Of a stretch of 64,000 nucleotides of DNA, positions 50,514 to 61,437 are shown in pieces. Origin of the DNA: Longimicrobiales bacterium (lineage in GTDB: Bacteria; Gemmatimonadota; Gemmatimonadetes; Longimicrobiales; Gaopeijiaceae); the NCBI GenBank assembly GCA_965198065.1, contig CBDAON010000004.1, positions 2,400,001-2,464,000 on the forward strand, read 5' to 3'. How positions within the stretch are numbered: position 1 is the first letter of the stretch; every line of letters starts with the position of its first letter. The notes beneath the pieces were generated by a model. That model made no database searches, had not been told where the DNA came from, and saw only the letters and a list, made by a program, of their open reading frames with translations. The position numbers and the translations under genes were made by a program.

Positions 50514-53045
50514 CTACTGCTCCACCGTGAGCCGCGCCCAGTCCCACCCCTCGAGCCCCCGCTCGCTCACCGCCTTCACCGCGAGGACCGAGCCCGGCCG
50601 CACTCCCTCGAGGAGCACGGACGGGCGCCTGCTTCCTGAGCCCGGGGTCCAGGCGACCTCCCTCTCCACTTCCACTCCCGCCGCGGAGTCGTAGCGTACC
50701 GTGTATCGGGAGACCCCGGTCTCTGGAGCCGGATCCCAGGACAAGACGATCGCACTGGGCTGTCGCGCGCCAGCGGGCGTCGACTCCAGGCCCGCCAGCC
50801 GGGACGGGCTCGAAGCGAGGAGCATCAGCGTCCCGACCGTTACGCGGCTGACCTCGGCCACGAGCCGCTGGTTGACGGTCTCAAGACGGTCCGTGAACTG
50901 GTGGTAGTGTGGATTTCCGAGGACGGGGTAGGAACCGATCCCTCCCACGATGTCCCCGTACGCCTCGTAGTACGCCGCCGCGTCGGTGCTCCGGTAGTAA
51001 AGGGCGTCGTAAGTGATGAGGTCCGAGAAGAGGATCGCGGCGGCATGCTGGATGTCGCGGATCCCGGGGTTCGAGTACCGGATCGTGTTGTCCAGCCGGT
51101 GATCGTTCGCCCACCCGATCATGTCGTTGTTGAGAGCTCCGACGATCTGCTTCCCGCCCTCGACCGCCCGTCTCACGTACTCCCGGCTCCCGAGGAGCCC
51201 CGCCTCCTCACCGGTGAAGAAGGCGAACTCGATCGTGGCCGACCGCGGGTGGTCCCGCATCACCCGGGCAGCCTCGAGCAGCGCTGTCATCCCTGAGGAG
51301 TTGTCGTCCGCCCCGGGTCCCCTCTCAACGGAATCGAAGTGGCTGCTGGCGACGTAGACGAGGCCTGGATCGACCGTTCCCGGGAGTCGGGCGATCACGT
51401 TGGCGGTCCGGATCCCCTCCCTCGGCTCGAACCACTGGAGCTCGGGCTCATAGCCCCACCCGCGGAGCTGCGCCTCTAGGTAGGCGATCGCGAGCAGGTT
51501 CCCAGGCTGGGTGATGTACTTCGAGTCCATCCGGTACAGCTCGCGGGCATGCTGGTAGATCCGCTCCACGGACACCTGCCCCGTGACCAGGGCCACCTCG
51601 TCGGTGATCGGTGCGAAGCTACGTGTCCCGCGAGCCCGGAGATCCTTCTCCCGGGCGAGGTTCTCCTCGAGGCGAGTCCGAACCGCTCGCAGCGTGGCCG
51701 TGCGGTCGAGATGGACCAGATAGACCCCGCGCTCAGGGGAGATCGTATCCCCGTCCCGGTCCGCGATGATTAGGATCCTCGAGCCGTCGGGGACGATCTG
51801 CCACTCGTACTCCGGAGCGATCGTGCGGACCGTGTTGTTGTGGAAAAGCTTGGTCTGGGTGCCGGTCGTGGCGTCGTAGAGGTAGGACCGGCGGTGACGA
51901 GCTTCCCCCTTCAGCGCGAGGATCGTCTCCTCGTCCACGAAGCGGGGCCCGAGATCGTGCTGGATCTCCTTTGTGAGCTGGCGGATCTCTCCGTCCGCGA
52001 CAGCCGGGGAGGCGAAGATCTCCCAGTCGTGGACCGGGCGTGCCTGGAAGGCCACCGTGCGCCCGGAAGGCGAAAGGGCCGGAGTGCTCACCTCCATCGA
52101 GGTGCGGAGCACGAGGGCGGGCTCCGGGAGCCCGGCCGGGTCCAGGGGCAACACCTCGACGGTGTAATCCGACCCTTCCCTTCCGACGAATGCGAGGAAG
52201 GAGCCGTCGGCGGAGACCGCAGCCCCGGAACGCCCGGGGTAAAGGGTTGAGGCCCTCGTCGCGAGGTCGAGCACGACGAGGGTGGCATCACCCCCTCCAC
52301 CCCCGGTCCCCGAAGACGAAGTGAAGACCAGGTGTCGCCCTCCCGGAGCCGGGAGGATCCCGGACTTTCCTCCTTCCCCCGCGGGGAGCACCGTGAGCGT
52401 CCCCGAGGAAGCGACGATCCGGAGGATGTCCGTGGGCCTTTGCTCGCTCTCCCGGCTGGCCAGCGCATAGAAGGTGTCCTGGTCGGGGGACCCCACGAGA
52501 ACGCCGGCTACGGAGTTCGTCGGTCCCCTGGGCAGCCATCCCCTGAGGTCGATCGTTCGCTCCGGACCGCTCGGAAGCGCCCGGACACGCACGCGACGGT
52601 CCTCCACGGTCTCGCCGATCACCAGGTACGCCACGTGATCCGCTCCGGCAAACGTGGCGCCAACCCCAGGAAGGGTAAGTACTGGAGCTCCGCCAGCGCG
52701 GAGATCCACCACCCGCGTGACGGCCTCCCCGGCCTCCCGAGCCTCATAGAGGGCGTACGCGGAATTGGCGGCCACCCGGAGGTTCGCGCGACCGTCCCAC
52801 GCCACCTCCTCGACCTGGAAGAGCTCCCCGCTCAGGAGGGCGATCTCTTCGAGGTGCCCCGCCCCGCCCGGACCTGTCAGGGCTTCGAGATAACCGGTCA
52901 GAGCCTCGTCGTACGCGCCCCGGTCCCACGCGAAGTACGCCTCCTGGAGCCCCGGATCCGAGGGAAGGGGGGGCATCTGCGCGGCGAGGGGGAGCGCCGG
53001 GGCCACGATGAGGAAGGCCCCGAGGAACGCTCGAATGGATCGCAT
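50514..53045 (-). CDS. secreted M28 peptidase with TolB-like propeller and C-terminal FN3-like domain
   Basis: signal peptide, SSHFDS, PGADDNSSG, FTGEEAGLLGS, NNDMIG, PHYHQ. Confidence 0.88.
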   Translation of the reverse strand: MRSIRAFLGAFLIVAPALPLAAQMPPLPSDPGLQEAYFAWDRGAYDEALTGYLEALTGPGGAGHLEEIALLSGELFQVEEVAWDGRANLRVAANSAYALYEAREAGEAVTRVVDLRAGGAPVLTLPGVGATFAGADHVAYLVIGETVEDRRVRVRALPSGPERTIDLRGWLPRGPTNSVAGVLVGSPDQDTFYALASRESEQRPTDILRIVASSGTLTVLPAGEGGKSGILPAPGGRHLVFTSSSGTGGGGGDATLVVLDLATRASTLYPGRSGAAVSADGSFLAFVGREGSDYTVEVLPLDPAGLPEPALVLRTSMEVSTPALSPSGRTVAFQARPVHDWEIFASPAVADGEIRQLTKEIQHDLGPRFVDEETILALKGEARHRRSYLYDATTGTQTKLFHNNTVRTIAPEYEWQIVPDGSRILIIADRDGDTISPERGVYLVHLDRTATLRAVRTRLEENLAREKDLRARGTRSFAPITDEVALVTGQVSVERIYQHARELYRMDSKYITQPGNLLAIAYLEAQLRGWGYEPELQWFEPREGIRTANVIARLPGTVDPGLVYVASSHFDSVERGPGADDNSSGMTALLEAARVMRDHPRSATIEFAFFTGEEAGLLGSREYVRRAVEGGKQIVGALNNDMIGWANDHRLDNTIRYSNPGIRDIQHAAAILFSDLITYDALYYRSTDAAAYYEAYGDIVGGIGSYPVLGNPHYHQFTDRLETVNQRLVAEVSRVTVGTLMLLASSPSRLAGLESTPAGARQPSAIVLSWDPAPETGVSRYTVRYDSAAGVEVEREVAWTPGSGSRRPSVLLEGVRPGSVLAVKAVSERGLEGWDWARLTVEQ

Positions 53046-53221
53046 CGTCACCCCTCTGAGATGGGGCTGGGAGACCACGCCCCTCGCCTTGAGTCAGCAG
53101 ACAGAAGGTGGTCCAGATTAGTCAGCAACCTCCGGGGATTTCTTGCGGCTCGAAGAAGATGTGGCTCCCTCACTTCACGCTGGCTCCCGCTGGACGAGGA
53201 TGTGGCGGTCCGCCACTCGGA

Positions 53222-54343
53222 CTAATCGGCAGTCTTCAGCTTGAACCTTTGCATCCGTCTACCGTTCCCCGCCTCTCCGGTGTAGAGGTAGCCCCGGGAG
53301 TCGAGCACCACCATGTGCGCCCGGATGAACTCGCCCGCCTGGCGACCGGGTCTCCCAAACCTGCCTAGGATTTCCAGGTCGTTCCGCCGCAGCATCCAGA
53401 CACGTTGGTTCGTGCCATCGATGAGGTAGAGGAGGCTCTGTTCGGGATCCCGCGACAGCCCGAGGCTGAATCCACTCCCCGATCCGCGCGTCTCTGGACG
53501 GACGAAACGCTCCATCAAGTACTCGCCGCTCTGGCGGAAGACCTGAATACGGTTTCCGCGACGGTCGGCCACATAGACCAGCCCGTCGTTCGAGCCGACG
53601 ATGCCATGGACCGTGGAGAACTGCTGAGGCGGATCGTCGGGATTGACGGGATACTCATATGTGTAGTCGTCGTCCGGTGGGTTCCCGTACGCGCCCCAAT
53701 GACGGCGGTATTCGCCCGTCGCCGCATCGAAGACCACCACACGTCGGTTACGGTATCCATCCGCGATGAAGAGTTCGTTCGTACTGGGCTCCACGAAGAA
53801 GTTCGCCGGGCCTCCCAGATGAGTCGGATCGTTGCTGCCCCTATTCACGCCGGGCTCACCGATGGTGAGAACGTGGCTGCCATCCTTGGTGAACTTCATC
53901 ACGTGGAATCCATTGCTCGTGCCGAGCCAGGCGAACCCGTTGTGATCGACATAAATCCCGTGCTCCTGATCAAACCATGTATAGCCCTCGCCCGGACCGC
54001 CCCAGGCTTGCAGGACGTGACCCTCGGGATCCAGTTCGAGAACCGGAGGAGCGGGAAAACAACAATCTGCAATGGGTGGATCCTGTGCGGCTCCGATCTC
54101 CTGAGGGGTCAGACTCGACGGCATGTGAACTACCCAGAGGTGGTCGTCTTCATCCACGAAGAGCCCTCTGTTGTCGCCGAGGATCCAGTCGTTGGGCAGG
54201 GTCGGTGGCCAGGTTGGGTCCACTTCCCACTCTGGCAGTGTGGCCAATGTCTGCTCTAGTGCCTGCTGAGAAGTCTGAGCGCCGCAAGCGGCAGTCATAA
54301 GAAGCAAGGCCGTGACGCTGAAAGGCTTCACCCGATTTCTCAT
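53222..54343 (-). CDS. NHL-repeat beta-propeller lipoprotein
   Basis: TAAC lipobox, VDPTWP..LPNDW, EHGIYVD, ADGYRNRRV, VADRRGNRIQVF. Confidence 0.85.
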   Translation of the reverse strand: MRNRVKPFSVTALLLMTAACGAQTSQQALEQTLATLPEWEVDPTWPPTLPNDWILGDNRGLFVDEDDHLWVVHMPSSLTPQEIGAAQDPPIADCCFPAPPVLELDPEGHVLQAWGGPGEGYTWFDQEHGIYVDHNGFAWLGTSNGFHVMKFTKDGSHVLTIGEPGVNRGSNDPTHLGGPANFFVEPSTNELFIADGYRNRRVVVFDAATGEYRRHWGAYGNPPDDDYTYEYPVNPDDPPQQFSTVHGIVGSNDGLVYVADRRGNRIQVFRQSGEYLMERFVRPETRGSGSGFSLGLSRDPEQSLLYLIDGTNQRVWMLRRNDLEILGRFGRPGRQAGEFIRAHMVVLDSRGYLYTGEAGNGRRMQRFKLKTAD

Positions 54344-54581
54344 GGCCTCGCTGCTCCCTGCGAGCGGAGTGGGTTTTGGGGGTGTTGTCTGGAAAAGTAG
54401 ATCAACGTGAGGAAGACGGAGATCGCTCCCGCGACTTCTCCGACGGCGCCGGAGTCGTGGATGCTCACACAATGCAAGCTCATCCGGCACCGCGCCACCG
54501 CCCGTAGTCACGCTTTACGTTATGCACGCAAGCCCCACTGAGAGATCACTCCCAACGGCGAGGACACTCAGGTCGGCGGTG

Positions 54582-54712
54582 TCACTCCGGCACCACCTGC
54601 CTCAACTCCTCGAAGAAGTTCTGATGAGGATGAGGCGCTGGGGCTCCAAATCCGGGTCCTGAGCCGTAGCAGGGTTGGCATTCCGAGCGAAGATAAACCG
54701 GTACCCGTGAGG
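54582..54712 (-). pseudogene. orphan gene 3' end (PHGYRFIFA...RLILI-NFFEELRQVVPE*)
   Basis: homologous to 48955-49038, with a 1-nt deletion. Confidence 0.65.
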
Positions 54713-54734
54713 ACTCTGATTGGTTCGTCGGTGG

Positions 54735-56511
54735 TCAGAATCCCCCTGTTCCGCCACCTCCGAAGCCTCCCCCGCTGAATCCGCCTCCCCCGCCGCCGAA
54801 CCCCGATCCGCCCGAACTGCGTGGCTGAGACGTCATCACCGATCCGGTCCGGTTGCTCATCGACGTCATGCTGCGTGACAACCCCACCGAATTGAAGTGC
54901 GCGGGGCCGTCCCCGACGTACCAGCTCGGGGGTTCGGTGTAGATGTCCTCGAACGCTCGGGCCCAGCGGCTCTCCACGCCCAGGGCCATGGCGTGTGGCA
55001 GGTAACGCTCGAACATCTGGGGCGAATCGATCATCCGCTTGAAATGATCCGCCTCGACGCGACTGAGGAACTCCTGGAAGCCCAGAATGTGCTCGAGTTG
55101 GCGTGTCCCCGCCTTCGTGCGCCGGGACATGAGGGGACCCAAGATCAGGATGGGTAAGGCCGCGCCCACGATTCCGATCGACAGCAAGCTCGGAGGCACC
55201 CCGAGGGCGTCGGCGAACGCCAAGGCAAAGAAGATCCCGAGCCCCAGCGTTACGATCCCCAGCAACATGTACCTCGCGACCACGTGGTCGGGCCGCTTCT
55301 TGTAGTACCCGGCTTCGATGAGCTGGGTGAAGATTCGCTCCTTGAGGTCCTTGATCTCCGAGTAGAAGTCGCTCTCCAGGTCCTCCGTCTTCACGCGATC
55401 GCCGGTGCCTCTGCGGAAGAGCTCGCCGAGGAGCTTCTTCTCGAACCCCGGGAGGTCGCGTGACTCCGACTTCTTGACCCGATGGAAGGTGTATTCCTCC
55501 GAAGACGTGAGCCCGAAAAGCCCCTTATCCTCCCGTCGCTCGATCCGGATGTAGCCGCGCACCGCAAGGTCGACGATCGACGCCGTGATGTCTTTCATGT
55601 CCGGTCGGTTGTCGACGAGCGTGCCGATCTCGGCTGGTGTCATGCCTTCGGGGGGCTTGTACTGTGGAGCAACGGCCCGGCGGTCGGGGTCCTTCCCCTT
55701 GGCCTTCCAATGCTTCCACATGAGGAAGAAGCTGAGGATGGGGAGAAGGAGGACCCAGTTGGCCCTGAAGGTGCTCGCGGTCCTGTCCACGATGGTGGGG
55801 CGGCGGATCACTCCCGGGTTCCAGGCCAAGTCCACGGTCAGACCCTCTCGCGGGGCAAAGCCGCGCAGGGACTGCACATAGAATCCATCTTGTATCTCTG
55901 TGATCGTGGCGTCCGACGCGGTAGATCCGTAGCTGCCGGTATACGCCCTCGCCTGGACGCCCGTGAGCGCAGCGGGGAGGTGTACGGTGACCGAGGCCTG
56001 GTCGATCGAGATCTCGGACTCGTCCCCTGTGGCGTTCCAATACAGCTCGTCGTAGCCCCCGGAGAACCCTTCACCCTCCCCGTCGAAGAACCGCAAGGGA
56101 TTCTTGACCGTGTAGCGGAAGTCGACCGTCCTGCTGGTGTTCTGGGCACCGGGCACCCACACCTTGATGCGCCGGTAGTGCCGCTCCCGGCTGGTTTCGA
56201 AGCGAAGCGTCTCGCCCGCTTCGTTCCTTACCTAGATATCGTCCAGCACCAGCCGGAAGTTAAGGCCGCTCGGGCTCTGGTAGCTGATCGGGATATCGCG
56301 GAAGACACCGTTCCAGCTCCCAGTGAACCCGTATCGGATCGACTCCAGGACGTCCATCGTTCCGTCCTCGTGGACGGTGAGCGTGACGCTGAAGTCCTCT
56401 ACCCGGAGCTCCCTCTGGGCTGCGGCGGGCGAGACCGAGAGCTCCGGCCATGGCCAGAAGGACGGTCCCAACGGCCGTCCGGAGTCTCCCGCGGAGTGTC
56501 AGCGCTCGCAC
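54735..56511 (-). pseudogene. DUF2207-like membrane protein, interrupted
   Basis: ELYWNATG, PPEGMTPAEIG, DLAVRGY, FERYLPHAMALGV, Gly-rich tail; TAG 56232-56234 and frameshift ~56430; follows lemA. Confidence 0.85.
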
Positions 56512-56515
56512 GGTT

Positions 56516-57067
56516 CTACTCGCTCCCGCTGAAGTCGACCTTCGGGACCACACTCTCATCGTCGGGGATCTCGAAGAACTCCTCCTGTCGGAAGTTGAAC
56601 ACCCGGGCGACCACGTTCGACGGCACCTGTTGAATCTTCGTGTTGAAGTCCCGCACTACCGCGTTGTAGTAACGCCGGGCCTGCTGGGTCGCGTCCTCCA
56701 ACTCGGAGAGGGTTGCTTGCAGGTCCCGAAACCCCCCAGCCGCCTGGAGGTCGGGATACGCCTCGGCCAGCGCAAAAAGCGACTTCAGAGCGCCCGCGAG
56801 TATCCCTTCCGCCTGTGCCTTCGCGGCCGGCCCCTGCGCGCCCATCGCACTCGATCGCGCCTGAACGACGGCCTCCAGGGCCTCCTTCTCATGACTCGCG
56901 TACCCTTTCACCGTCTCCGCGAGATTCGGAATCAGGTCGTAGCGGCGCTTCAGTTGAACGTCGATATCGGCCCAGGCCGCCTCAGCCCGCTCCCGGAGCT
57001 TGACAAGAGAGTTGTACATGGCCGCGAAGCCAACGACGGCCACGCCGATGACGACCAACTCCCACAT
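56516..57067 (-). CDS. lemA: LemA family protein
   Basis: YNSLV, AWADIDVQLKRRYDLIPNL, EAYPDL, RRYYN. Confidence 0.93.
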   Translation of the reverse strand: MWELVVIGVAVVGFAAMYNSLVKLRERAEAAWADIDVQLKRRYDLIPNLAETVKGYASHEKEALEAVVQARSSAMGAQGPAAKAQAEGILAGALKSLFALAEAYPDLQAAGGFRDLQATLSELEDATQQARRYYNAVVRDFNTKIQQVPSNVVARVFNFRQEEFFEIPDDESVVPKVDFSGSE

Positions 57068-57111
57068 GGTCCGGCTCCATTCGTCTCGGGGAGTACGTGA
57101 GACCGAGGTCT

Positions 57112-58546
57112 GAGTGAGTCCCATCTTTAGTTGAAATTGAAGCGGCCTCCAACCTCAGGTAACGTGGGTGTGCGACCACACCACGGGATCACAAGAGAGG
57201 AAGGAGGGCCACCGATGGGAAGGATGCCAAGGCTCGTCGAGCGGGGGCAAGAAGGACCGGCGGCTCGGGGAACCGAGGGAGGTGAGTTGGGAGGAGATCG
57301 AGGCGCTGGAGCTGGACCCTCGGGTGGAGCTGATCCGGCAGCTGATTCCGCTGGGACTGGCGGAGGTGGGCCGGATGCTCGAGGAGGAAGTGGAGCAACT
57401 GGCGGGGCAACGTCACGCCAGGAAGACCGAGGACGATCGACATTGCCGGCATGGGCATAACCCAGGGTCGGTGCGGTTGGGCGGCCAGCGGCATCCGGTG
57501 CGAGTACCGCGGGTGCGAGGCCCGGCCGGAGAGTCGAGGCTGGCGGCGTATGAGCAGCTGCATGGCTCGCCCGGCGAGATGGACGAGGGGCTGTTTCGGA
57601 AGGTGCTGCTCGGGATCTCGTGCCGGGACTACGAGGCAGCGGTCGAGGCGGTGCCTGGAGCCATCGGGCTGTCGAAGTCGACGGTCTCGCGGGAGTTCAA
57701 GAAGGCCACGGCCGCGAAGCTGAAGGAGTTTCAGGAGCGGGACCTCTCGGGTTACGACGTGGGGTGGCACTCGTCCTGGACGGCAAGAGCTTTGCCGAGG
57801 ACGAGATGGTCGTCGCGCTCGGGGTGACGACCAAGGGGGACAAGGTCTTCCTCGGGTTCGTCCAGACCGACACGGAGAACGCCGTGGTGATCCGATCCTT
57901 CCTTCGGAGTCTGAAGGACCGAGGTCTCGACCTGTCGGCCGGAGCGCTCGTGGTGATCGATGGAGCCCGCGGTCTCCGGAGCGGCGTCCTGGCGGTCTTC
58001 AAGGGACAGGTGCTCATCCAGCGGTGCCAGTGGCACAAGCGGGAGAACGTGATCTCGTATCTGCCGAGAGCGGAGCAGAAGGGCTGGCGCCAGCGTCTGC
58101 AGCGCGCCTACCAGCGGCCCACGTACGAAGAGGCCGTCAAGGACCTCAAGGCCCTGCGCCAGGAGCTCGCGGGGGTGAACCAGTCCGCGGCGGCCAGTCT
58201 CGATGAGGGGTTCGAGGAGACCCTCACCCTCCACCGGTTGGGAGTCTTCCCCCTGGTCGGCCAGTCGCTCAAGACCACCAACGTGCTCGAGTCCGTGAAC
58301 GCCCTGGCCGAGCAGAGGTGCGGACGCGTGGACCACTGGAAGAACTCGAGCCAGAAGCACCGATGGCTCGCGACCACGCTCCTGGAGATCTAGTCACGGC
58401 TCCGGAGGTTGCTCGGGTACCGACACCTCCCGCTCCTCAGGGCCGCGATCCAGAAGGACCTCGGGATCACCCTTCCCGAGAGCCGTTCACATGCTGTCGC
58501 CTGAGACGGAGGCCGCTCCAGTTTCAACTAACTTTGGGATTGACTC
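57112..58546 (+). mobile_element. IS256 family element (copy 2), defective transposase
   Basis: reverse complement of 36031-37464 apart from one extra G; same frameshift and TAG (58391-58393). Confidence 0.92.
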
Positions 58547-58838
58547 CGCAATGTTTCCAGTTCAATAGGCACCACGGCTCATTCCGGAGCGCGCAGCGTT
58601 CCTGGCGTGGGACCCCGGGCTCTGACAGCACTAGAAGGGCCCTGAGAGTGGCTGCGGTCCGGCGCTGAGCCGTCTACCGAGTGTTTTCCTCGCCGCTGAA
58701 ATCCCCGCGAAGTTGGGCACGGGATGGACTCGCTCTCCACGCATGTGGTAATCGATGGGAGTCGGCCGTATCGTGAAGTGCCTCTAGAGGTGAGGACATG
58801 CATCACGAGCGCTTAGGCTCGAGCACTGGGCCATTCGG

Positions 58839-59762
58839 GTGGAGCCACTCGAGTTCCGGGACGTACGTGCGGACAGCTTACACCGCGAAGGCTCGGGGGC
58901 CGTGTCGACCGGCGTAGCGCAAAAGATCAACCGTGAACTGGCGGTGCTGTTGGGATGGGGGCGCGCCGTCCTACTTCAGTTCGCACATCCATTGGTCGCG
59001 GCGGGCGTCGCGGACCACAGCGGGTTCCGCGAAGACCTGGTGGGATACGTGCGACGGACGCGCCGTACCGTCGGCGCGATGCTCGCGCTCACCTTCGGCG
59101 GCGAGGACGACGCTCGCGCGGCGGCGGCCCGCATCAACGCCGTCCACGATCGCATTCACGGCACGCTGGGGAAACCGAGCGGAGCCTTCCCCGCCGGGAC
59201 GCGGTACTCCGCGCGCGACCCGGAGCTCCTCCGGTGGGTGCACGCCACCCTGCTGGACTCCGTGCCGCTCGCCTACGAGCGGTTCGTCGGCCCGCTCTCG
59301 CCGGCGGAGAAGGACCGCTACTGCGCGGAGGCGACCATGGTGGGACCGCTCATTGGGATCCCGGACGCACTGCTGCCGACCTCGGTCGCCGAGCTCGAGG
59401 CCTACCTGGGAGAGATGTACTCGAGCGGCGTAATCGTGGTCACCGACACCGCCCGCGCGCTCGCGGCCGGGCTGCTGTCGCCGCCGCTGGGCATCGCGGG
59501 CCGGCCCCTGGTGGGGCTCTCCCGTCTGACGACCATCGGGCTACTGCCCGCCGCTATCCGGAACGCGTACGGATTCGCGTGGGCAGCCAGGGACGAGTGG
59601 GCCCTCGAGTGCTCGACCTCGCTCCTTCGCGGCGTGCGGATGATCCTCCCGCAGGCGCTTCGCGAGTGGCCGGCAGCGAGGGCGGCTTGTGCTTCCTTCG
59701 GGGGGCAGAGTCCTCGACGATGTCGGCTCGGTCTAGCAGTCGGAGAGAAGGAGGGACCGTGA
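58839..59762 (+). CDS. MpaB/DUF2236-like oxygenase family protein
   Basis: GRAVLLQFAHPLVAAGVADHS, INAVH, YSARDPELLRWVHATL. Confidence 0.85.
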   Translation: MEPLEFRDVRADSLHREGSGAVSTGVAQKINRELAVLLGWGRAVLLQFAHPLVAAGVADHSGFREDLVGYVRRTRRTVGAMLALTFGGEDDARAAAARINAVHDRIHGTLGKPSGAFPAGTRYSARDPELLRWVHATLLDSVPLAYERFVGPLSPAEKDRYCAEATMVGPLIGIPDALLPTSVAELEAYLGEMYSSGVIVVTDTARALAAGLLSPPLGIAGRPLVGLSRLTTIGLLPAAIRNAYGFAWAARDEWALECSTSLLRGVRMILPQALREWPAARAACASFGGQSPRRCRLGLAVGEKEGP

Positions 59763-60075
59763 AGAAGCTGATCCTCCTCGTCGTGATCGCCGGCCTACTG
59801 GGTGGGCGACTTCGGCACCCGCCCTTCAGTCATGTGCTTCGGTCGGGCGCGCCGGCGCGGCGGGTGGGCGGTCGAAACAGAGCCGGGGCAGAGGAGAACC
59901 GGATCTACCTCTCGGCGCGATGACCCATCGGGCCGTCCCTTGCTGACGCCACGCGTGCCGATCGGCGGAGGGGGGTGCCCGATGGTCATGCCCACCAGCC
60001 TGTGGTAGCTTCTCCCGGACGGAGCGACGCGGAGGCACCGATCCGACCACGGCCGCGCGCCATCCGGAGGGCGAG

Positions 60076-61287
60076 ATGACTGAACGACCGTGTGGCTTCT
60101 TCCCGAGCGCGATTCTGGTGGGTGGGCTCGTCGCCCTCCCGTTCACAGCCGCGGCGCAGCCGGGCGGCGGCGGCACCCAGGTCCAGCCCGGAGAGCCGTG
60201 TCCCCCCGGGATGACCCAGATCCGCCCCGGGAACTGCCGGGCTCCCGAGTTCGCGCCCCCGAGCATCGTGGACTACGGGCCCCGCTCGACGCTTATCGTC
60301 GAGGAGCACTCGGTCCCGAGCGCGCGCTATCCGGTGGTGGATGTCCATGGCCATGCCGGGAACGTCGCGAATCCGGGCGTGATGGACGAGATGATCGCCT
60401 CGCTCGACGCGCTGAACGTCCGCGTGTACGTGTCGGCCGACAACGTTTCGGGAGAACGTCTCCAGCGCGCTCTGGACGCCGTCGCGGCCAGCCCCCACAG
60501 GGACCGCTTCCGCATCCTCGCGGGAATCGACTTCCGGAACGTGGGACCGGGGTGGGGCGAGGAGGCCTCCCGCCAGCTTGAGGCGGACATCCGGGCGGGG
60601 GCCATCGGGGTCGGCGAGATCCCCAAGAGCTTCGGGCTGACCACGACGAAGGCGGACGGCTCTCGGCTCCGGATCGACGATCCCGAGATCGATCCCGTGT
60701 GGGAGACCGCGGCGCGCCTGGGCATTCCTGTTTTCATCCACACGGCGGAGCCCCAGGAGTTCTTTCAGCCCCTGACGTTCGAGAACGAGCGCTGGCTAGA
60801 GCTTGCCCTCTTCCGTGACCGCCGGAATTACGAGCCGGGGCAGGTGACCTTCGAGGAGCTGATGGTGGAGCGGGACAACCTGTTCCGGCGCCACCCGGAC
60901 GTGCGCTTCGTTGCGGCCCACCTGGGTTGGCACGCGAACGACCTGGGGCGGGCGGCGCGCATGCTGGACGAGTTTCCGAACGTGACCGTGGAACTTGGCG
61001 CCGTCCTGTACGATCTGGGCCGGCAGCCAAGGGCCTCGCGGGAGTTCTTCATCCGGTATCAGGACCGGATTATGTTCGGGAAGGACTCGTTCCAGCCGTC
61101 CGAGTATCCCTATTACTGGAGGGTGCTCGAGACGGCGGACGAGTACTTCGACTACTACCGCGACTACCACGCGTTTTGGAAGCTGTATGGGATGGACCTC
61201 CCCGACGAGGTTCTCCGCAAGGCTTATTACGGGAACGCTCTGCGCATCTTCGGGGGACTTCCGCAGGACGGCTGGCCGGAGCTTTAG
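60076..61287 (+). CDS. secreted amidohydrolase family protein
   Basis: signal peptide, DVHGH, FIHTAEP, VAAHLGW, QDRIMFGKD. Confidence 0.88.
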   Translation: MTERPCGFFPSAILVGGLVALPFTAAAQPGGGGTQVQPGEPCPPGMTQIRPGNCRAPEFAPPSIVDYGPRSTLIVEEHSVPSARYPVVDVHGHAGNVANPGVMDEMIASLDALNVRVYVSADNVSGERLQRALDAVAASPHRDRFRILAGIDFRNVGPGWGEEASRQLEADIRAGAIGVGEIPKSFGLTTTKADGSRLRIDDPEIDPVWETAARLGIPVFIHTAEPQEFFQPLTFENERWLELALFRDRRNYEPGQVTFEELMVERDNLFRRHPDVRFVAAHLGWHANDLGRAARMLDEFPNVTVELGAVLYDLGRQPRASREFFIRYQDRIMFGKDSFQPSEYPYYWRVLETADEYFDYYRDYHAFWKLYGMDLPDEVLRKAYYGNALRIFGGLPQDGWPEL

Positions 61288-61437
61288 GCGGCCCGATCCC
61301 GGCGTTATCCCCGGCCTCCTGCCGGGCGCGCTCGAGCCACCGCCCGGAGGGGTCCGAGCCCCGGGTTAAGACGTGCGCGTGCCCCTCGAGGATTCCCAGG
61401 CCGCCACGAAGTTCCTGACCTCGTACCGGTTCGAGCC

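Noticed and set aside
58540..58570. IS256 outward -35 (TTGACT) forming a hybrid promoter
   Set aside because: No credible -10 at 16-18 nt spacing at either copy.
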